In this document: positions 12,940-24,923 of the stretch, one piece after another
How positions within the stretch are numbered: position 1 is the stretch's first letter
Layout: every line of letters starts with the position of its first letter
DNA from: Hemiscyllium ocellatum
Taxonomy: Eukaryota
Direction: 5' to 3'
DNA length: 64,000 nucleotides
Assembly (NCBI RefSeq): GCF_020745735.1
Contig: NC_083435.1
Coordinates: 43,152,498 to 43,216,497 of the forward strand
Made by a program: the position numbers and the translations under genes
The notes under the pieces: model-generated
Seen by the model: the letters and a program-made list of their open reading frames with translations, nothing else
Told to the model about the DNA's origin: nothing
The model's database searches: none

Positions 12940-13990
12940 GGATCTTAATGAGAGGAGACTCAATAGTTAGGGGAACAGATAAGAGATTCTGTGGCCGCTA
13001 TTGGGAATCAAGGATGGTGTGTTGCCTCCTGGGTGCAGGATGTCTGAGAGCAGCTGCAGAACATTGTCAAGGGCAAGGAACGGTTTAAACTGGAATGGCA
13101 GGGGGATGGGGTGAGACCCTCAATAACAAGGAGGCAAGTGCGAAGCTGGAAGGAGATAGAGTAATCAGAAATAGGAAATTGAAGGGACAGGTCAAGCTGG
13201 AACGCAACAGGGAGCAAGCAATGCCTGTTGGATTAAGTTGCATCATCTATTTCAATGCAAGAGGGCTGACAGGTAAGGGAAATGAACTCAGGACATGGAA
13301 AGGTACGTGGGACTGGGATATTATACCCTTACAGAAACATAGCTAAGGAAGGGACAGGACTGACAACTTAATGTGCCAGGGTACAGGTGCTTTAGGTGGG
13401 ACAGACATGGTGGAAAGAGGGGAGGAGGAGTTGCATTTTTGATTAAGGTGAGTATCACGATTAAATAACTGAAGAATCACCCAGTGATGCTCTTTGGGTG
13501 GAGCTAGGACAAAGCAAGGGGTTACAGGAATCAAACAAATTTGCAGGGATATTGGGGAGACTTGCAAGAGCAATAGGGTTGTCATTAGTAGGTGATTTTA
13601 ATTTTCCTAATATAGACTAGGACTGCCAGCGTATTAAGGGCTCAGATGGTGTGGAATTTCTTAAATGCTTTCAGGAAAGTTTTGTCAAGCAGTATATAGA
13701 AGATCCAACTCAGGAAGGGGTAAAACTCTTGAGAAATAGGGCAGGATAAGCGATGGAGGTGACAGTGGTGCAGCACATTAGGACCAGTGTGCATAGTTCT
13801 ATTAATTTGAAAATAGTATGAAGAGGGACACAACAGGTCCACAGGTTCAAGTTCTAAATTGGGCAAGCTGAATTTTGATGGAATTAGACAGCAGCTTTCA
13901 GGAGTTGATTGGAGTAGCTTGTTTGCAGGCAAAGGGACCTCCAACAATTAGGATGCCTTTAAAAGTGAGATAACTAGAGTTCAAGGTGAA
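12940..13990 (+). mobile_element. CR1 fragment (ORF1 esterase end to ORF2 endonuclease)
   Basis: GDSIVRGTDKRFCG, CCLLGAG, YFNARGLTGKGNELR. Confidence 0.75.
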
Positions 13991-14269
13991 AGATACTTCT
14001 TGTTCTGTACTGCAATATCACTGGACATCTTGTGCAGTGAGCGTACCCTTCAAGTATTCCTCTGCTTCTTTTGGTGAAATTTGGCGATCTGTTCAAAGGT
14101 TAAATTAACCTTCTCAAGAAGTTTGAACTGATGGTGTGAGAGGTTTGAGACAGACAGTGCTTTGGAACAACATCTCCCCTGTATGAGCACGAGAGAGGAA
14201 ACAACACAGACAGCTCTGCAGGTGACTCGGCTCCAAGTCTGTGTGGAGACATCGGTGTCTGTGACAGAG

Positions 14270-15058
14270 GAGGAGATGAAACAATCCGGACACATATCAC
14301 AGTGGAAGAGTTCATCTTCTGTGTGGGTTCACAGATATTTCAGGAGCTCCAATAACAGTGTGAATGCACTAGTACAGGAATCACACAGAAAGGATTTCTC
14401 CTGTGTGAGGGTGCTTATGGACCAGGAAATACACTGACAGAACAAAAACATTGCATCTGAAGAAATTGTCCTGATTCATAAATTGTTTAATACATCTTTG
14501 GAAGGTTGATCACAAATTAACTTTTGAAGGGTTAATCCCAAGTGTGGACACTTTGATGGAGCAGGACGTTCCAGGATCTTGACAATGATTACTTACACAC
14601 TTCACACTTGAATGGTTTCTGCCTGCGTGAAAACGCCAGTGATTACAGCGAGTCGAACTTAACACTGATTTGATACGTGCATCACAACTAATTGGTTTCT
14701 TTCTTGTGAACACATTGAGGGTTGTAAAGACTCGACGATTTCAAGAATGATTTGTAAGACAACTTGCAAAAGACTCGTTTCTCTCAAGTGTGAATCTTGG
14801 ATTGTCTCAATGCAGTGGGGAATGATATGTAACACACCTCACACTCGAACAATTTCTGTCATGTGTGAATGCGGTGGTGTATGTAGAGATGTCCTGACCA
14901 CAAGACTGGTTTGTTACACACCTCAAACCTGAATGCATTCTCTTCTGTAAGGACCCTCTGATGCTGCAGCTGTCTTGCTAAGGTGGGGAATGATTTTTCA
15001 CACTTGCTTTCTCCCATTTGTAAGACAGAAGAACTGGCATGAGCTGCAGAATGATATG
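14270..15058 (-). pseudogene. Decayed zinc-finger repeats downstream of the ZNF-2 stop (3' UTR region)
   Basis: CEKSFPTLARQLQHQRVLTEENAFRFEVCNKPVLWSGHLYIHHRIHT*, THTEDELFHCDMCPDCF, with stops and frameshifts. Confidence 0.75.
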
Positions 15059-16906
15059 TCACAAACCGTTCACTTTCTTTCCATTGTGGATACGTTGGTG
15101 TACACGGAGGCTCCCTAATTGTGAATATGATTTGTGACACATCTCACATTGGAATGGTTTCTCTCCTTTGTGGACACGTTGGTGTGTGTGGAGGGCTCGT
15201 GCCTCTGAGAACAAATTGTCACACATCAGGCACTTAAACAATTTCTCCTCTGTTTGAATATGTCTATGTAAGCAGAAGTTTCCTGACTGCGAAAATGATT
15301 TGTTACATACCTGACAGTGGAATGGTTTCTTTCGTGTGTGAATACGTTGGTGTGTGTGGAGGTTTGATAATGATGAGAATGATTTATTGCATTGCTCGCA
15401 TGTGAATGGTTTCTCCCCTGTATGAATCCTCTGATGGAGCATGAGTTTCAGTGAAGTGGGGAATAATCTGTCACATACCTCACACTTAACCAATTTGTCT
15501 CCTGTGTGAATGCGATGATGTATGTGGAGTTCTCTTGACTGTGAGAATAATTCTGAGTTGTGTGATAAATCAAACAGTTTATCTCTTCTGTGGATGCGTT
15601 GGTGTGTGCGGAGGTCTCCTGCTTGTGAGAACAATTTGTCACATACCGTACACTTAAACAATTTATCTCCTGTGTGGATAAGTTGGTGTTTACGGAGGTA
15701 TCCTGACTGCGTGAATGATTTGTCACACACCTGACAGTGGAAAGGTTTCTCCCCTGTGTGGACACGCTGGTGTGTGTGCAAGTTTGATGATGATGAGAAC
15801 GATTTGTCACACACTTCACATCGGAATGGTTTTTCCCCTGTGTGAATCCTCTGATGGAGCAGGAGTCTTGATGAAGTGGGGAATGATTTATCACACACCT
15901 CACACTTAAATAAACCACCTCCCCTATGAAGACGTTGGTGCGTGTGGAGCTGGCCTGACTGTGAGAATGACTTGTCACAGATGTCGCACCTAAATATTTT
16001 CTCTGCTGTGTGGATGCGTTGGTGTGTACGGAGGGCTCCTGCTTGTGAGAATGATTGGTTGCACAGCCTACACTGAAACAATTTCTCCCCTGTGTGAATA
16101 CGTTGGTGTATGCGGAGGTTTCCTGACTGTGTGAATGATTTGTCACACACCTCACACCGGAAAGGTTTCTCCCCTGTGTGAATCCTTTGATGAAGCAGGA
16201 GTCTTAGTGAAGTGAGGAATGATTTGTCACATACCTCACACTTGAACAATTTCTCTCCCGTGTGAATACGTTGATGTGTGCGGAGGTATCCTGCCTGAGA
16301 GAATGATTTGTTACACACCTCACAGTGGAAGGGTTTCTCTCCTGTGTGAACACGTTGGTGTGTGTGGAGGTTCGACGATGAGTAGAATGCTTTGTCACAC
16401 AATTCACATCTGAATGGTTTCTCCCCAGTGTGAATCATCTGATGGAGCAGGAGTCTTGAAGAAGTTGGGAATGATTTGTCACACACCTCACACTTGAACA
16501 ATTTCTCTCCTGTGTGAATACTTCTGTGTACATGGAGATGTTCTGACCGTAAGAATGATTTGTCACACACCTCACACCTGAATGGTTTCTCTCCAGTGTG
16601 AATCCTCTGATGGAGCAGGAGTCTTGATGAAATGGAGAATGATTTATCACACACCTCGCATTTGAACAATTTCTCTCCTGTGTGAATACGACGGTGTACG
16701 CGGAGCTGTCCTGACTGAGAGAATGATTTGTCACACACCTCACAACGGAATGGTTTCTCCCCTGTGTGAACACGTCGGTGTATGTGGAGTTTCGACGATA
16801 GCGCGAATGATTTATCACATTGCCTGCACATGAATGGCTTTTCCTCTGTGTGAATGTGGTGGGACATGAGGAGGGTTGATGATGATGAGAATGATTTATT
16901 GCACAT
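15059..16906 (-). CDS. C2H2 zinc-finger array protein (ZNF-2), 615 aa, 22 finger units (19 canonical)
   Basis: True ATG at 16906; uninterrupted CxxC...HxxxH repeats with TGEKP/L linkers; no effector domain in the ORF. Confidence 0.9.
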   Translation of the reverse strand: MCNKSFSSSSTLLMSHHIHTEEKPFMCRQCDKSFALSSKLHIHRRVHTGEKPFRCEVCDKSFSQSGQLRVHRRIHTGEKLFKCEVCDKSFSISSRLLLHQRIHTGEKPFRCEVCDKSFLRSEHLHVHRSIHTGEKLFKCEVCDKSFPTSSRLLLHQMIHTGEKPFRCELCDKAFYSSSNLHTHQRVHTGEKPFHCEVCNKSFSQAGYLRTHQRIHTGEKLFKCEVCDKSFLTSLRLLLHQRIHTGEKPFRCEVCDKSFTQSGNLRIHQRIHTGEKLFQCRLCNQSFSQAGALRTHQRIHTAEKIFRCDICDKSFSQSGQLHTHQRLHRGGGLFKCEVCDKSFPTSSRLLLHQRIHTGEKPFRCEVCDKSFSSSSNLHTHQRVHTGEKPFHCQVCDKSFTQSGYLRKHQLIHTGDKLFKCTVCDKLFSQAGDLRTHQRIHRRDKLFDLSHNSELFSQSRELHIHHRIHTGDKLVKCEVCDRLFPTSLKLMLHQRIHTGEKPFTCEQCNKSFSSLSNLHTHQRIHTRKKPFHCQVCNKSFSQSGNFCLHRHIQTEEKLFKCLMCDNLFSEARALHTHQRVHKGEKPFQCEMCHKSYSQLGSLRVHQRIHNGKKVNGL

Positions 16907-17532
16907 TGCAAGTGGATGTTTTTATTCCCATCTGAATGCGTTGGTCATTCATCAGACCAGATGGTCATCTATATTCCTGGTTACACACCTCAGATTTGAA
17001 CAATCTCTCCCTAGTATAACAGTGTCAGTGATACTGGAGCATAAGTGACTTCACTCACTGTTGAAAATTTCCTCTACTACTATAATTGCTATTATTTGAA
17101 CAGACTTACACAGATGCACCTTGTGTATTAAGAAAGATTACCAACTTCAGACTTGAATAGCCTCCAACTTATGAGTCGGTGATTCATGAAACTTGATGAA
17201 TGATTGAAGCTCTCATCATAACTTTGAATTGCTCACACTTCTTCCCAGCCTCAACTTGACTGATCACTCACAGCCGGATGTTCAGAAAGGTTGCTTCTGA
17301 TGGAATAATCCACACCACTGACCAGTTTCAGATCTGATGATATGTCAAAGCCCCCCTCACCTGACTGATTTCCAGATGATGGTTCACTGTGCAAACTTCT
17401 TCAAGTCGAGCAATGATGTGATGGGACTAGATGTCTTCCAACAGATGTGCATTTGTCCCTTAAGTTATGGCCAAGATCTGTCTGCTGCATTTATGGTCTC
17501 TGAATTCTCTGGTGTAGGATGGTGCAATTCTC
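16907..17532 (-). other. 5' non-coding part of the ZNF-2 terminal exon (acceptor AG at 17534-17533)
   Basis: ccttttcttgttttacAG; homologous to 565-990; contains decayed fingers. Confidence 0.6.
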
Positions 17533-19499
17533 CTGTAAAACAAGAAAAGGCAGTACAATTTCATACACATCCTCTCCTCCTTTGTGAAAAGCCTGATTTC
17601 TCAGACTTGTTTATTCACACCTGTCCTGGATGTCACTGTTGCTGACCAGGTGAACATTTGTTGTCCTTTAGAATGGAGCTGTTTAACCATTACATTCTCC
17701 TGCGTGGTGTGGGGCTTTGAAGTTGTGGTGGGGCGCTATTATGTGAATGTTAAATCCAAAATGCTGCGAAGAAAGAACTTACAGCATTTGACCACAGCGA
17801 TAATTCAGATAACACCACAATAACCAGCTCCCAACACACAGAAGACACAACAAAAGGAAATCACTCAGAATCCTCATACGATCTGCGCCTCCCCGATAAT
17901 TTTACCTCGCCTTCTCATATTCAGGAATGTGGCATCAACAAAACTAGCCTGGAAATTAGACGGAAATGCTTCCAATAAACACACTCAATATCCAACGCAC
18001 AGCTCCAGTCACACAGTTCAGCACAAAGCACCGAGTAAACTTGCTCAGTAGGATCGTCTCACACAGCATCAGGGACATTTCTACTCGATTGTCCATTGCA
18101 CAGTCAGACTTCCTCAACATCGGCGCGGCTGTTATGGGATAAAATTTCGACAAAAAAAACATTCTTACTTTACTCACCATTTCCTCTCTTGGTTTCTCCG
18201 TTCTGAAAGGAAATGAAGCAGCTCTGGAAGCGGAAGAGGAGGGGATGGGCAGAGTGGATGGGCTCGGAGATTGACATTCTCACAGTCAACCCACATATTT
18301 AGAACTCGGAACATAGAACTGTGCAGCACAGGAATGAGCCTTTCGTGTGGTGAACATGACGCCAAATGAACCTAATCCCTTCAGCCTACTCTGGGTCTAA
18401 TGCCTCTATTCCTTACACACTCATGGGCTTCTCTAAAAGTTCCTTAAATGTCCATAACTTATTTGCCTCCACCACGACCCCTGGCAGTGTGTGTCAGACT
18501 CCGACCAATCTTTGTGAAAAAAACCTGCCCCTCACATCTCTTTTGAACTTCCCCCTCTTGCCTTAAATGCATTCCCCCGAGTTTTAGACATTTCAACTTT
18601 GGAGAAAAGATTCTGACCATCAATCCTATCCATGTCTCACATAATTTTATAGGCTTCTATCAAGTCACCTATCAGCCTCTACCACTTGAGAGAAAACAAA
18701 ACAAGATTTGTCTAGCCTCTCCTTATAGCTCATACCCGATAATCCAGGCAGCATCCTGGTAAACCTTTTCTGCGCCCTCTTCAATGCCTCCATATCCTGT
18801 AACATGGTGATCAGAGTTGAATGTAATACTGTTAGTGTGGACTTACCAATGTCTTACAATGCTGCAACATGACATCCTGACTCTTGTACTCAGTTCCCTG
18901 ACCAATAACAGCAAACACGCCATATGCCTTCTTTGTCAGCCTCTGTCTTTGTGTTGCCACTTTCAGGGAACTATGGACTTGAACATCAATATCCTTCTGT
19001 ACATCAATGCTGTTCAGGGTCCTGCCATTAACTGTATACTTTTCCACTACATTTGATCTCCCAATATGCAGCACCTCACACTTGGATTAATCTCTATCTG
19101 CCATTTCTCCACCCATATCTGTAATTGATCTATATCCCACTGTATCATTTGACAACCTTTTCCGCTATTCATAACTCACCTGATCTTTGTATCTCCTGTA
19201 AACTTACTAACCCATACACGTTTATATATATATATATCACAAACAGCAGAAGTCCCAGTACACATCCCTGCGGAAAACCACTAGTCATGGACCTTCAGCC
19301 TGAAAAACACCTTCCACCACTACTCTCTGACTTCTATGGGCAAGTCAATTCTGAATCCACTTGGCCAAGTCACTGTGGAGCCCATGCATCTTAATCTTCT
19401 GGATGAGCCCACCATGAGGGACCTTGTTGAAAGCTATACTAAAATCCAAGTAAACACTACTCTCCCCTCATCAATGATCTTTGTCACTTCCCCGAAAAA

Positions 19500-20360
19500 G
19501 CTGAAAATGTGTTGCTGGAAAAGCGCAGCAGGTCAGGCAGCATCCAAGGAGCAGGAGAGTCAACGTTTCGGGCATGAACCCTTCTTCAGGAATGAGGAAA
19601 GTGTGTCCAGCAGGCTAAGATAAAAGGTATGGAGGAGGGACGTTGGAAATGTGATAGGTGGAAGGAGGTCAAGGTGAGGGTGATAGGCCGGAGTGGGGGT
19701 GGGGGCGGAGAGGTCAGGAAGAAGATTGCAGGTTAGGAAGGTGGTGCTGAGTTTGAGGGATTTGACTGAGACAAGGTGGGGGGGGGGGGGGGGGGGGGGG
19801 AGGGGAAATGAGGAAACTGGAGAAATCTAAGTTCATCCCTTGTTGTTGGAGGGTTCCTAGGCATCTAGGAACCCTCCAACCACAAGGGATGCTTCCGCCT
19901 AGGAACCCTCCAACTACAAGGGATGCTTTCACCTAGGAACCCTCCAACCACAAGGGATGCTTCCGTTTAGGAACCCTCCAACCACAAGGGATGAACTTAG
20001 ATTTCTCCAGTTTCCTCATTTCCCCTCCCCCCACCTTGTCTTAGTCAAATCCCTTGAACTCAACACCGCCTTCCTAACCTGCAATCTTCTTCCTAACCTC
20101 TCCACCCCCCCACCCCCAATCCGGCCTATCACCCTCACCTTGACTTCCTTCCACCTATCGATTTCCAACACCACTCCCCCAAGTCCCTCCTCCCTACCTT
20201 TTATCTTGGCCTGCTGGACACACTTTCCTCATTCCTGAAGAAAGGCTCATGCCCAAAACGTCGACTCTCCTGCTCCTTGGATGCTGCCTGACCTGCTGTG
20301 CCTTTCCAGCAACACATTTTCAGCTCTGATCTCCAGCATCTGCAATCCTCACTTTCTCCG
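19500..20360. mobile_element. Fold-back Penelope-like insertion: inverted 3' ends around a 34-bp x4 tandem repeat
   Basis: 19500-19862 is the reverse complement of about 19965-20325; LGTLQPQGMNLDFSSFL; 14-bp TSD acttcc(c/t)cgaaaaa at 19486 and 20361. Confidence 0.85.
19559..19594 (-). ncRNA. Minimal hammerhead ribozyme motif (best-preserved copy)
   Basis: Minus strand: attc CTGAAGA a GGG ttcatg CCC GAAA CG TT ga. Confidence 0.7.
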
Positions 20361-20523
20361 ACTTCCTCGAAAAATTCAATCAAGTTAGTAAGACATGACC
20401 TGCCCTGCATAAAGCCATGCTGACTTCCCCTAAATATGCTATGCTTTTCAAAATATGCATCCTATCCCTAAGAATGTTCTCCTACAACTTTTCAACAATT
20501 GATGTGAGACTCATTGGTCTATA

Positions 20524-20682
20524 GATTAGATTAGATTACTTACAGTGTGGAAACAGGCCCTTCGGCCCAACAAGTCCACACCGACCCGCCGAAGCGCAAC
20601 CCACCCATACCCCTAACCTAACACTATCGGCAATTTAGCATGGCCAATTCACCTGACCTGCTTTGGACTGTGGGAGGAAACC
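20524..20682 (-). mobile_element. HE1 SINE 3' fragment
   Basis: Matches 55771-55950; (attag)n tail. Confidence 0.75.
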
Positions 20683-22654
20683 GGGTTTCCTGGATTATCC
20701 TTATTTCCCTTTTTGAATAGAGGAATAACATTAGCTATTCACCAGTCCTCCGGGATCTCTCCAGTGGCTCTTGAGGATATGAGGATCTTGGTCAATGTCT
20801 CAGCAATCTCCTCTGTTGCTTCTCATAATAACTTGGGGTACAGATCATCGGCTCCTGGGGGATTTATCAATCCTAATGCTCTTCAAGAGATCCAACACCA
20901 CTTCCTTCTTGATCTTAAAATGCCCTAGCATATTAACATGCTCCATACAAATCTCACTATCCTCCACACCCTTCTCCTGAGTGAATACTGATGCAAAGTA
21001 CTCATTTAGGATCTCATCAATATCTTCTGCCTCCAAACACAAGTTCCTGCCTTGATCCTTGAGTGGCCCCATCTTCTCCCTAATTTTCCTCTTGTTTTTT
21101 AATATATGAACAGAATACCTTGGGATTCTCCTTAACCCTGCTTGCCAAGGTCATTTCATGGCACCTTCTTACTCTCCTAATTCCCTGCTTGAGTACTTTC
21201 CTGCTTTCATTCTGTTCCTCACGGGTCATGTCCATTTTAGCTTCCTGAACCTTACATACACTAATTTTTCCCTTTTGACTAAATTTACAATCTCCCTTGT
21301 TATCCAAAAGGTCATTTACCATGCCTTACTTGTCCTTTCTCCATACTGAAGCATGCTGGTCTTGAACTCTCATCTGCAGCTCTTTGAACAATTCCCATAT
21401 GTCAACGTTAGACTTGCCTGATAACAGCTTCTCTCAATTAACACTCCTTAGCTCCTGCCTAATGCTGACGTAATTTGTCCTCCCCCCAATTTAGTGCCTT
21501 CCTGCAAGGTCCTGAATTTTCCTTGTTCATAGCTATCTTAAAATTTAGGGAGTCATGATCACAGATTTCTGGGGCTTGGGAAACTGACTAGTGAAATGTA
21601 GGTGACTTGAGTATCAGGTCAGATGTAGTCTTTGTACCATCTGAATAAAATCTCACCTGTTGTAGCTACTATCTTAGTCCCCCTGGTAAATGTTTGACAG
21701 AGATTTGTGGAATGGCAGTAGTACTTTTCAATCTCAGAGGCTTTAAACTTGACAACATCAGTGTGGGATGTTTAGCCTTGATGCCTTTGACAGCAGATAA
21801 GAGAAGAGTGAGTGTATCAAAGATAGTGATGATGTGCAGTGGTGGGATCAGCAGGGATGAACTATTTACACTATGTTGCTTCACAAAAAAATGATTGATA
21901 ATCTGCCTGTTTTTCACCCTGAAGTATTCTGTATCACTGATTGATTTTGCATTAATATTGACCACATTTCATTCACAGACTCACATTGACAGTGGACCTA
22001 TTTTCACTGCACTGACCCTTCAGTGTTCTGATTGGTTACTCGCTTTGAAAGCTGTGGTTGGATAATCAGGGATTCCAGGGACAGGCTGGTATGACATTGG
22101 TTTGATCAAATTTTCGTGCACGTGGTGGAGTCATGGAAGGTAAAAAGAAATATATGACTTGACCAAAGTGTATCAGTTCAGGAAATCAGCCCAGAGAAAA
22201 CGCTGAATGGGAAGGGAAAATATTTGAGAGGGAATCATGGGGGAAGGAGATGGTGAAAAATGTTGGAGATTACATAGAGTCATAGAGATGTACAGCACAT
22301 AAATAGACCCTTTGGACCAACTTGTCCATGCCGATCAGATATCCCAACCCAATCTCGTACCACCTGTTAGCATCTGGCCCGTATCATGGTCAAATTACGC
22401 CACATGTTGGTCTGTGGCTTACTGAGATACAATTGGTGTGAGATACCACTAGAAGGTCTTTTCACTCAAGGATAGATTTCCTGTTTGTGTGCTGCATGTT
22501 CTCAGTCAAATCCGCAGATGTCAAGCTGGCCTTTTTTTTCTGACTACTGCCTCCTGCTGGCCTATCACCTTGAAGGATGGCTAATGAGTCAGCAAGGGAA
22601 TGTGAAAGCTAAATGTGAAACTGTGACACCAGAAAACATTCAGGAGCTTGAACG

Positions 22655-22781
22655 TGTGGGATATAGGTAAAGTAATGTTACTTCTGCAATTATAATTGCT
22701 TATACAAAGTAAATGAACTCACACCAGTGTGTAATTGTTTCAGCCAAGAGCTGAGTCAACAAGAATGGAAACTATGTGGAG
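22655..22781 (+). repeat. 5' LTR remnant (127 bp of U3)
   Basis: One mismatch versus 29131-29257. Confidence 0.9.
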
Positions 22782-22976
22782 AATGGACGACTGGTATGAA
22801 TCCCACAAGAGAGACATCTGAATCAGACAGTGACAGGCGGTCGATAGAAAATACGGTGAAAAGGGGTCAGGCAACTCTGTGCACAGACCAGGGTAAGAAA
22901 ATTGACTTTTAAGTACTGCCTTGGTTGCCGGGATTGAGCTTTAGTACTTAATAAGGGACTAACAAAGGAACTCAAT

Positions 22977-24861
22977 ATGGGCTGTGCCGTGGGTAAGGAA
23001 AAAGCCTCTGGGAGAACAAAAGAAGGAAAAATCAATGGAAATGGAGGCGGGGTCCCTTACAACATACCTCCAGAAAGTCCGCTGGGCAGGATGTTGTGGA
23101 ATTGGAAAAATAATACTTGTACAAGGGAAAAAGATGATTAAATATTGTTGCTTTGTATGGACTAAGGAATCCATTCTTCATCCCGCCATCTTCTGGCCAA
23201 AGTCAGGTCGGACGAAGACTGGGTTTGTAAATATCTGAATTTATATGTCAATGTGTGAGAGAGAGAGAATGAAAAGAGCTGTACCGCTGGTAGAAAGTTT
23301 AACCCTTTGTGATTTGGTTTGAATGCACATTTGTTTGTTGGTGATTGAATGTTTGCATTTGATTCGCTGGAGCTTGAGTTCCAGGACTGTTTTGAATCTG
23401 ATTTTTATTATGGAAACTTAACATGATTTCTTTTAAGGTTAAGGATTCTATAGAGATTATGATAAAAAAGATGATAACTCCTGTTCTTTTTACAGGTCAT
23501 GACTGCCTTACTATCAGTTTCTAACTAATCTCTTTTATCCTTACGTAAAAGCAATTTATGGAGGACAGTTGAAGTTTCAGTTCAACATTAGATTGTAGTA
23601 AAAACAAAATCCTATGGTTAATATCTGTGACCTTGGATTCGGCTATTGTTCATGCATTAGAAGTTTTTTTTAAACTTGAATAGACAAATCCTTTTAAGGC
23701 AGCTCTGATTATTTTAGGACCTATAGCATTGTAATTGAGCAATGATTGGTCAGGACTACTTTAGAAAACTAAGTTTGGATTTAAATTAAAGGGACTAAAA
23801 CTGGGTAATTACAGTGGATTTCAAAATTGGGAACTGTATGCATTTTACATTTTAAATATTAAATACTGAATAAATGAATGTAAATATATAAATATATTTA
23901 CAAGTTAGGAACAGGCTTTAAAGTTAGTCAAGCATGAATTGATGAATTGGTATTTGAAGTTATGGGGTGCTAGAAATATTGCAATATTTCTTAAAAAAGA
24001 AGGGGAAGAACGTAATGACTTATCCCCTTTGGGGAGGTACCAATAGGGGACAAACAGATCGGGTTTGTGTGTGTTCCCCTCACCAGTGGGGAGGTCAGAA
24101 CATTTAAAAAGGAAATGAAGGTCCTGCTTGAGGATCCGGTAGGGTTGTCTGAACAAATTGATCAATTTTTGGGGCCCAGTCTGTGTATGTGGGCTGAGTT
24201 AATGTTTATTTTGAATATACTATTTACTGGGGAAGAAAGGGGACTTATACGAGGAGCAGCCATTAGAATATGGGAGAGGGAACACCCGATTGGAGGTGGG
24301 GATGCTGGACAGGGTGAGATGAAGTTTCCCCTCAGAGACCCCCAGTGGGAAAATCAAAACCCGGAGCATAGAGCAGAAATGAGGGAATTGAAAGACCTGA
24401 TTCTAAAAGGAATAAGAGAGGCAGTTCCGAAGTCGCAGAATTTGACTAAAGCCTTTGAAGTTAGACAGGAGAAAGATGAGACTCCCTCAGCTTTCTTGCA
24501 ACGATTAAAAGACTCAATGCGGAAATATTCTGGAATGAACCCTGAGGCACAGCGTCTTTTGAAAGCATATTTTGTGACAAAGGCATGGCCAGACATACAG
24601 AGAAAGATACAGAAGATAGAAGGATGGAGTGAAAAACCATTAGATGAATTGTTAAGAAAGGCACAGAAAGTGTTTGCAAAGGGGAGAGGGAGAGGACAAG
24701 GGGGAGCATTTGATAGAGGGTTCGAGCGACAGGGGCAGAGATGGAGGTCTCCACAGGAAGGATGCTATTATTGTGGAAAGATAGGACATTTTAGGCAGGA
24801 GTGTCCTGATCTACAAAGGGAAGAAAGGGCAATTCCGCTTATGAATTTTGATGAAGAATAG
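22977..24861 (+). pseudogene. gag: ERV gag, frameshifted and interrupted by an AT-rich segment
   Basis: MGCAVGKEK N-terminus, KMIKYCCFVW...FWPK, capsid VPLTSGEVRTFKKEM and MHR-like VRQEKDETPSAFLQRL, zinc knuckle CYYCGKIGHFRQEC, then TAG. Confidence 0.9.
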
Positions 24862-24923
24862 GGGTGTCAGGGGTTCCTGCCTTCAGGGACCCACCAGGAA
24901 CCCTCGATAAACTTGAAGGTGGG
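24859..24923 (+). promoter_or_regulatory. gag-pol UAG readthrough signal with pseudoknot
   Basis: TAG, 8-nt spacer GGGTGTCA, stem GGGTTCCTG (24871-79)/CAGGAACCC (24895-903), loop CCCAC pairing with GTGGG (24919-23); pro continues in the gag frame. Confidence 0.75.

Larger units (their letters stand above)
18310..21560 (-). mobile_element. CR1 LINE ORF2 fragment to 3' end, with nested PLE and HE1
   Basis: QGRSCLTNLIEFFEEV, GPLKDQGRNLCLEAEDIDEILNEYFASVFT, KENPKVFCSYIK. Confidence 0.85.
17820..21860 (-). repeat. ZNF leader module copy C (17820-18300 and 21565-21860), split by CR1; micro-exon 18178-18223
   Basis: cctcttccgcttccAG|agctg...ggaaATG|GTgagt; module sequence resumes after the CR1. 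Confidence 0.65.

Noticed and set aside
19865-19993. 34-bp repeats resembling a CRISPR array
   Set aside because: Head-to-tail with no unique spacers; Penelope coding sequence in a vertebrate.
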